Source: an uncultured Methanolobus sp. (GTDB lineage: Archaea > Halobacteriota > Methanosarcinia > Methanosarcinales > Methanosarcinaceae). From it: DNA of 24,000 nucleotides. A program made the position numbers and the translations under genes. The stretch lies in the NCBI RefSeq assembly GCF_963674485.2, contig NZ_CAXXKW010000002.1. One strand, given 5' to 3'. The notes below the pieces were generated by a model, which saw only the letters and a program-made list of their open reading frames with translations, ran no database searches and had not been told where the DNA came from. Positions 19,538-24,000 of this stretch are shown here, one piece after another. Positions within the stretch are counted from its first letter, which is position 1. The number at the start of each line of letters is the position of its first letter.

Positions 19538-20131
19538 TTATTTTGGCTCTTCCTTAGCCCTTGGCATTGCTATTATTTCTCTTACCTGAAGGCCAAAGAA
19601 ATCAAAGGAATGTGCAGGTCTGACAACAACTGATACATCAGCTCCTTGTCTTGTTCCGCCGATTGCTATTATTTCTGTATCAAGGGACACAGGTATGTGG
19701 CCAGAATCAGCTGCCATCATTACGCACTCAAGTGCAACCTTGAATCCCTTTCCAAAGACTGTGCGTAATGTATCGGATATCACATCTGCACGGCTGGCGC
19801 CACCAATGCGCTTCTGAATAGCACGTTCCACGCCTGAGAACATGTGTGACTGGGTTGTCATTACAACACCAAGCTCGTTGAGTTTCTCAAGCTTGTCCTC
19901 GTCAACTTCCCATTTTCCACTTTCTTTCAGGCCGTACTGGTGGGTTATGGCGATAATCTTTACATCCTGGTCCTTGAATGCCTCTGCGGCTATGAGTGCA
20001 GTCTCCCCGCTTGTACTTGCCAGAACCACATGTTTTATTCCAAGTTCTGCTGCTCTTTTTGCAGATAATTTCATTACCTCTTCTGTATTTGCTTTACCAA
20101 CATCGTCAAAATATGTTATTGATTTATCCAC
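19538..20131 (-). CDS. Stand-alone pyruvate kinase alpha/beta (C-terminal) domain-like protein
   Basis: 'KSITYFDDVGKANTEEVMKLSAKRAAELGIKHVVLASTSGETALIAAEAF...'. The GTG start around 20131 (VDKSITYF...) is more likely than 20200. Confidence 0.72.
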   Translation of the reverse strand: MDKSITYFDDVGKANTEEVMKLSAKRAAELGIKHVVLASTSGETALIAAEAFKDQDVKIIAITHQYGLKESGKWEVDEDKLEKLNELGVVMTTQSHMFSGVERAIQKRIGGASRADVISDTLRTVFGKGFKVALECVMMAADSGHIPVSLDTEIIAIGGTRQGADVSVVVRPAHSFDFFGLQVREIIAMPRAKEEPK

Positions 20132-20277
20132 GTTATCACCTTTGATTTCTGAATAACAATTGCTCTGCTTCTCACATATAAGTTTAATTAATGAACGCAA
20201 ACGATGCTCTTATCTATAAGCTGGCTGTTATATTAATATAAGGGAGTTTAGCAAGTCGTATTTTTAAAGGTGATAGT

Positions 20278-21024
20278 TTGGCAGTAACAGATTATGATAA
20301 TAACAATGTAAAGATCATAACCACAGATATAAAATCCGAAAATCCTGTTTTGGTAGAGGGTTTTCCGGGAATCGGTCTTGTAGGTAATATTGCAAGCCAG
20401 CAGATTATCGATGAACTGAAGATGGAATACCTGGGTTCCATTGACTCCAGGCATTTCCCGCCCATTGCGGTTCTCTACGAGGGTCTTATAAACATGCCTG
20501 TGCGGATATACGAAAGTGTTGAGCACAATATGGTGATGATCGTTTCGGATATACCTATCAATCCGGTAGTGGCCTATGATATAAGTAAAGCTCTTCTGGA
20601 ATGGGCACAATCCATCAATGTCAAGGAAATAGTCTCCCTCGCAGGCATTGCAACCATGAGCGAAGACCACAAGGTCTTTGGTGCTGCAACAACCCTTGAA
20701 ATGTTGGAAAGGATAAAGGACAAGGTAGAGCTTTTCCAGATGGGCACAATTTCCGGTATCTCCGGCAGTATCATGGGAGAATGCTTTGTGCGCAAAATGC
20801 CTGCGATAAGTCTCCTGGGTTCCACCATGAGCCAGAATCCCGATCCACGGGCGGCAGCAGTGGTAATTGATGTCCTGAACATTCTTTATGATTTAAAGAT
20901 CGATACTGAAAGTCTTATTGAACAGGCAGAGAAGATCGAGATCGAGATGCAGCGGCTGGCTGAGGATGTAAGGACCGCTGAACAGCCTACCGGACCAAGA
21001 AAAGAGTTCCCTATGTACGGGTGA
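20278..21024 (+). CDS. PAC2 family protein (archaeal proteasome-assembly-chaperone-like)
   Basis: 'NPVLVEGFPGIGLVGNIASQQIIDELKMEYLGSIDSRHFPPIAVLYEG' is characteristic of the PAC2 family; TTG start. Confidence 0.85.
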   Translation: MAVTDYDNNNVKIITTDIKSENPVLVEGFPGIGLVGNIASQQIIDELKMEYLGSIDSRHFPPIAVLYEGLINMPVRIYESVEHNMVMIVSDIPINPVVAYDISKALLEWAQSINVKEIVSLAGIATMSEDHKVFGAATTLEMLERIKDKVELFQMGTISGISGSIMGECFVRKMPAISLLGSTMSQNPDPRAAAVVIDVLNILYDLKIDTESLIEQAEKIEIEMQRLAEDVRTAEQPTGPRKEFPMYG

Positions 21025-21028
21025 TAAC

Positions 21029-21418
21029 ATGGAATATGTTGCTTTAACAGGAATATCTGAACGTGTTATATCTGAACTAAGGCAAAATAGGCTTCTTACT
21101 ATTGAAATAAGAAACCCTTATAATTTCATGGCTGCTCTGCATCTGAATGTAGGTGATATGTTATTACTTACGCACACAAGTCCTGAGGACCTTACAGGTG
21201 GAAGTATGGGGATAGTTGCAAAATTGGTCAGGCATCAGATATCGACTCATCGGCTGACGCAGAGCAATGAGCTTTACTATGAAGAACGTGAAACCACAAG
21301 TCTCAGGTTACAGCTTGACCCCAAATGTATTGCACGTGTGCGTAAAGTGCTGAACAATACGATGGGTGAAGCTACAAAGGTCGAGGCGGAAGAGATTCCT
21401 CTCTATAATGCCAGATAA
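21029..21418 (+). CDS. Conserved archaeal hypothetical protein (DUF473-like)
   Basis: 'MEYVALTGISERVISELRQNRLLTIEIRNPYNFMAAL...GDMLLLTHTSPEDLTGGSMGIVAKL'. Family assignment is from memory and should be verified. Confidence 0.6.
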   Translation: MEYVALTGISERVISELRQNRLLTIEIRNPYNFMAALHLNVGDMLLLTHTSPEDLTGGSMGIVAKLVRHQISTHRLTQSNELYYEERETTSLRLQLDPKCIARVRKVLNNTMGEATKVEAEEIPLYNAR

Positions 21419-21427
21419 AATACGAAT

Positions 21428-22054
21428 TCAGTCAAATGTTGCAGGGATATTCTTTAATCCCTCTTCTATTGTTTTTACCAATTCGTAACTGATACCAACA
21501 GGTACTTCTTCATTAGCATAGCCGCTATGTTTTCTTGAACCTTTGCATCCGTAGGATATGCCAATTCCTTCCTCAAGTGGTCTTGCAGTACAATCGCCGC
21601 ATATGGATGCTGCACCAATGGATTTTGATGTGATCCCTTCGCCGTAATGGTATGCATATGCCTGTATTATCTTCATCGCACTCTCCGGTTTGAGATAAAG
21701 TAAGAGTACATCGAATATCCCTTCGTTATCTTTCAAAGGCTCAATTCTTAGGGATTTAAATCCTTTTTTAATTCTTGGAAGGGAGTTCACCGCATTTTGT
21801 GCAGTCTTCATGTCTTTGTACCTGCGGGATTTCAGGTAATAGTCTGCCGGACCGTTTTCACTTATACCCAGTATATAATCTCCAGGCCTGCATCGCTGGT
21901 GTTCCATAAGGAATGATTCTCCTTCTCTTGCCATGTGTACAAGTTCACAGTACAGGAAGTCAGATGTGCTTCCTTCCTCTTCACAAAGCGTAATGCATAC
22001 AGGTTCGCCATGGTCCATGAGTGCCTTAATAATGGGGTATCTGCATGAGTTCAT
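21428..22054 (-). CDS. DUF169-like protein
   Basis: 'DGEPVCITL'-like N-terminus, 'CRPGDYILGI', 'SICGDCTARPLEEGIGISYGCKGSRKHSGYANEEVPVGI'. Cys-rich pattern consistent with DUF169. Confidence 0.65.
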   Translation of the reverse strand: MNSCRYPIIKALMDHGEPVCITLCEEEGSTSDFLYCELVHMAREGESFLMEHQRCRPGDYILGISENGPADYYLKSRRYKDMKTAQNAVNSLPRIKKGFKSLRIEPLKDNEGIFDVLLLYLKPESAMKIIQAYAYHYGEGITSKSIGAASICGDCTARPLEEGIGISYGCKGSRKHSGYANEEVPVGISYELVKTIEEGLKNIPATFD

Positions 22055-22782
22055 TCTTTGACCTCTTCTTCTGATGCTAGTTTCTTTACTTCATTTGCAT
22101 ACATATGCGCAAGCCTCGTAGGTTCGGGAAGCTTGTATCCTTTCAGACAGTGTTTTACAATTTCCAGGCAGCTTTCCAGGGATACTTTATGTCCGGGTGC
22201 AACTATTATGTGATTACTCCTTTTATTGCTTTTCAGTAACCAGCCAACCTGTTCCTCATTGTATATCAACTTCCGGGATTCTCCGACTTCTACGGGTGTT
22301 TCCCAAATGCCGCAAAGTGTCTTCTTCGAAACACCTATTGTCGGCACATCCATTACAACACCGAAGTAACTTGCCATTCCTGCTCTTGTCGGATGATTGA
22401 TGCCACAGGAATCAAACATTACCATGTCCGGCTTGTTCCCAAGTTCTAAAAAAGTAGATGCAATGGCTTTTCCTTCCCTGAAGTTCAGGTAGGTGGGAAT
22501 GTACGGAAAAACCACTTTCTGTACGGTATATTTCTTTTCTATGACTTCAAGGCTGTTATAGTCCAGGACAACCATAACACAGACGATCCTATCATCGAGG
22601 TATGCGCAGTCTGTGCCAGCTATCCTGTCTATATTCCCATAGCCATCCACAATACTCAAATTATGTATGGCTGTTTCCTGAAGGTTTCTGAGTTCTTTCA
22701 GTGTACGGGAACCGGGATTGAACCAGTGGTCCAGTTCGTTCTTATTCGATGGTTGCCCGTACAGTTGTGAATACCGGTCCAC
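22051..22782 (-). CDS. nfi: Endonuclease V
   Basis: 'IAGTDCAYLDDRIVCVMVVLD', 'VVFPYIPTYLNFREG', 'PDMVMFDSCGINHPTRAGMASYFGVVMDVPTIGVSKKTLCG', 'VAPGHKVSLESCLEIV'. Confidence 0.88.
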   Translation of the reverse strand: MDRYSQLYGQPSNKNELDHWFNPGSRTLKELRNLQETAIHNLSIVDGYGNIDRIAGTDCAYLDDRIVCVMVVLDYNSLEVIEKKYTVQKVVFPYIPTYLNFREGKAIASTFLELGNKPDMVMFDSCGINHPTRAGMASYFGVVMDVPTIGVSKKTLCGIWETPVEVGESRKLIYNEEQVGWLLKSNKRSNHIIVAPGHKVSLESCLEIVKHCLKGYKLPEPTRLAHMYANEVKKLASEEEVKE

Positions 22783-24000
22783 GGATGTCTATCTTCTTTT
22801 TGTTGCTTGTGATGTATCGCTGTGCAAGTGGCTCAAGACGGATGTTTATCTCAGAAGGCACTTTCACTATCCTTACTCTTGTCTCAACTTCGCTCTCACC
22901 GTTTGCAACAGCATCCTCTATGTCCTTTGCTGCCTGACATGCGAATGCATCAAGGAACCTCACGCCTGTCCTTGCGGAGTGATTCTCGAGTACTTCCTTC
23001 CATTTCTTGTTATCAGGTACTCCGAGAATGTCGCTGTTATAGGTGACCACTTCATTGAACACAGCAGGTCCGCAGAGTTTAGTTTCTTCCTCTGGCTCAA
23101 TGACTGCCACTTTTACTGTCTTTCCGTTGATGCTACCTTCCCATGCAGGGAACTCACATGGGCTTGGAGTTGCTGCATACTCTTCACAAACTGCTACAAT
23201 TGCTTTTACGATCTCTTTGCCTTCTGTGGTTTCCGGGACATTCTCCACGTATGTCATCCTTGCAAGCTCGTTATCGGTCATCTTCCACTCAGAATATTGT
23301 GGTATCTGTGGGTATGTGAGTGAACGGATGTCAGTTGCATCATGGAGTATCATTGCCAGTCTTTCTACTCCAAGTCCGAGGTTCATCACAGGGTAGGGTA
23401 TATTGTACTGGGAGAGGGCCGTAGGCGAGTAAATACCAAAGGTTGCTATCTCTATCCATCCGTCGGAGTATTTGGTCTTAGAACCGACCAGATTAGGATG
23501 ATATGCAAATACCTCTATCTGGGTGTCAGGCACATAGTATTTGCTGCGCTTGTCATCTGGCCTGAACATGAACTTCTCAAAACCGAACTGTGAAAGCAAG
23601 CCCTGCGCGACTGCCTTTCCGTGGTCGATGGTGACATTCTCATCCATTATCACACAGGATGCGGAGTAGTATGTCATGAGGCGTGCAGCGTCTTCATCCT
23701 GTTCCCTTCTGAAACAGCGGTCAATGGAGAAGAAATTGAATGGCGGGTTTGCACGTTCGATAACAGATGAAAGACTGATGAACCAGCCTGATGTCATATG
23801 ACTTCTGAGTGTCTTCTTTGTCGCCTGTGGTATGAGCTCTTTGAACTCAGGGAAAACCTGGTCTATCATCTCAACAACAAGTGAATCTGATATGCTTATT
23901 CCTGAGGCGATCTCCGGTACAAGGTCATCTCCTTCCACATCTCCTTTCTTGTATGCATGAAGGACCTTCCTGATGGTCTCAATGGCTTCATCATCAATAT
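22742..24000 (-). CDS. sepS: O-phosphoseryl-tRNA(Cys) synthetase, N-terminus beyond window edge
   Basis: 'KTLRSHMTSGWFISLSSV', 'PFNFFSIDRCFRREQDEDAARLMTYYSASCVIMDE', 'FGIYSPTALSQYNIPYPVMNLGLGVERLAMI'. The reading frame stays open to 24000 (...IDDEAIETIRKVLHAYKKGDVEGDDLVPEIAS). Confidence 0.93.
   Translation of the reverse strand, partial: IDDEAIETIRKVLHAYKKGDVEGDDLVPEIASGISISDSLVVEMIDQVFPEFKELIPQATKKTLRSHMTSGWFISLSSVIERANPPFNFFSIDRCFRREQDEDAARLMTYYSASCVIMDENVTIDHGKAVAQGLLSQFGFEKFMFRPDDKRSKYYVPDTQIEVFAYHPNLVGSKTKYSDGWIEIATFGIYSPTALSQYNIPYPVMNLGLGVERLAMILHDATDIRSLTYPQIPQYSEWKMTDNELARMTYVENVPETTEGKEIVKAIVAVCEEYAATPSPCEFPAWEGSINGKTVKVAVIEPEEETKLCGPAVFNEVVTYNSDILGVPDNKKWKEVLENHSARTGVRFLDAFACQAAKDIEDAVANGESEVETRVRIVKVPSEINIRLEPLAQRYITSNKKKIDIRGPVFTTVRATIE

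Noticed and set aside
22197-23593. Plus-strand ORFs opposite endonuclease V and sepS, including 201-aa 22718..23323
   Set aside because: Cys/Leu/Phe-rich translations antisense to clear SepRS and EndoV genes; no domain motifs.

Overview
This window is chromosomal DNA from a methanogenic euryarchaeon, most likely Methanosarcinaceae. The evidence is an archaeal rRNA operon, Mtd, SepRS and archaeal TgtA.

Layout, left to right:
- 3' part of 16S rRNA, tRNA-Ala(UGC), 23S rRNA with its processing stem, tRNA-Cys(GCA), 5S rRNA.
- A ~1.0 kb IS5/ISH1-type insertion sequence with 13-bp inverted repeats and an 8-bp target duplication. Its transposase appears frameshifted.
- TrkA/TrkH K+ uptake genes (minus strand).
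- tgtA, then a UbiA prenyltransferase / geranylgeranyl-reductase-like / radical SAM trio.
- A coiled-coil protein and SerB (minus strand).
- A compact plus-strand six-gene partner-switching operon: PAS-STAS RsbR-like, RsbS-like, RsbT-like, a second RsbT/W-like ATPase, a SpoIIE/RsbX-like phosphatase, and a histidine kinase whose N-terminus resembles the RsbT-binding domain of RsbU.
- mtd, a short membrane-protein ORF absent from the supplied track, a stand-alone pyruvate-kinase C-terminal-like protein, a PAC2-family protein, a DUF473-like protein, a DUF169-like protein, endonuclease V and truncated sepS.

The most interesting item is the stressosome-like RsbRST module in an archaeon, which has no sigma factor to regulate. 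It is wired to a sensor kinase that may be translated from a non-canonical start.
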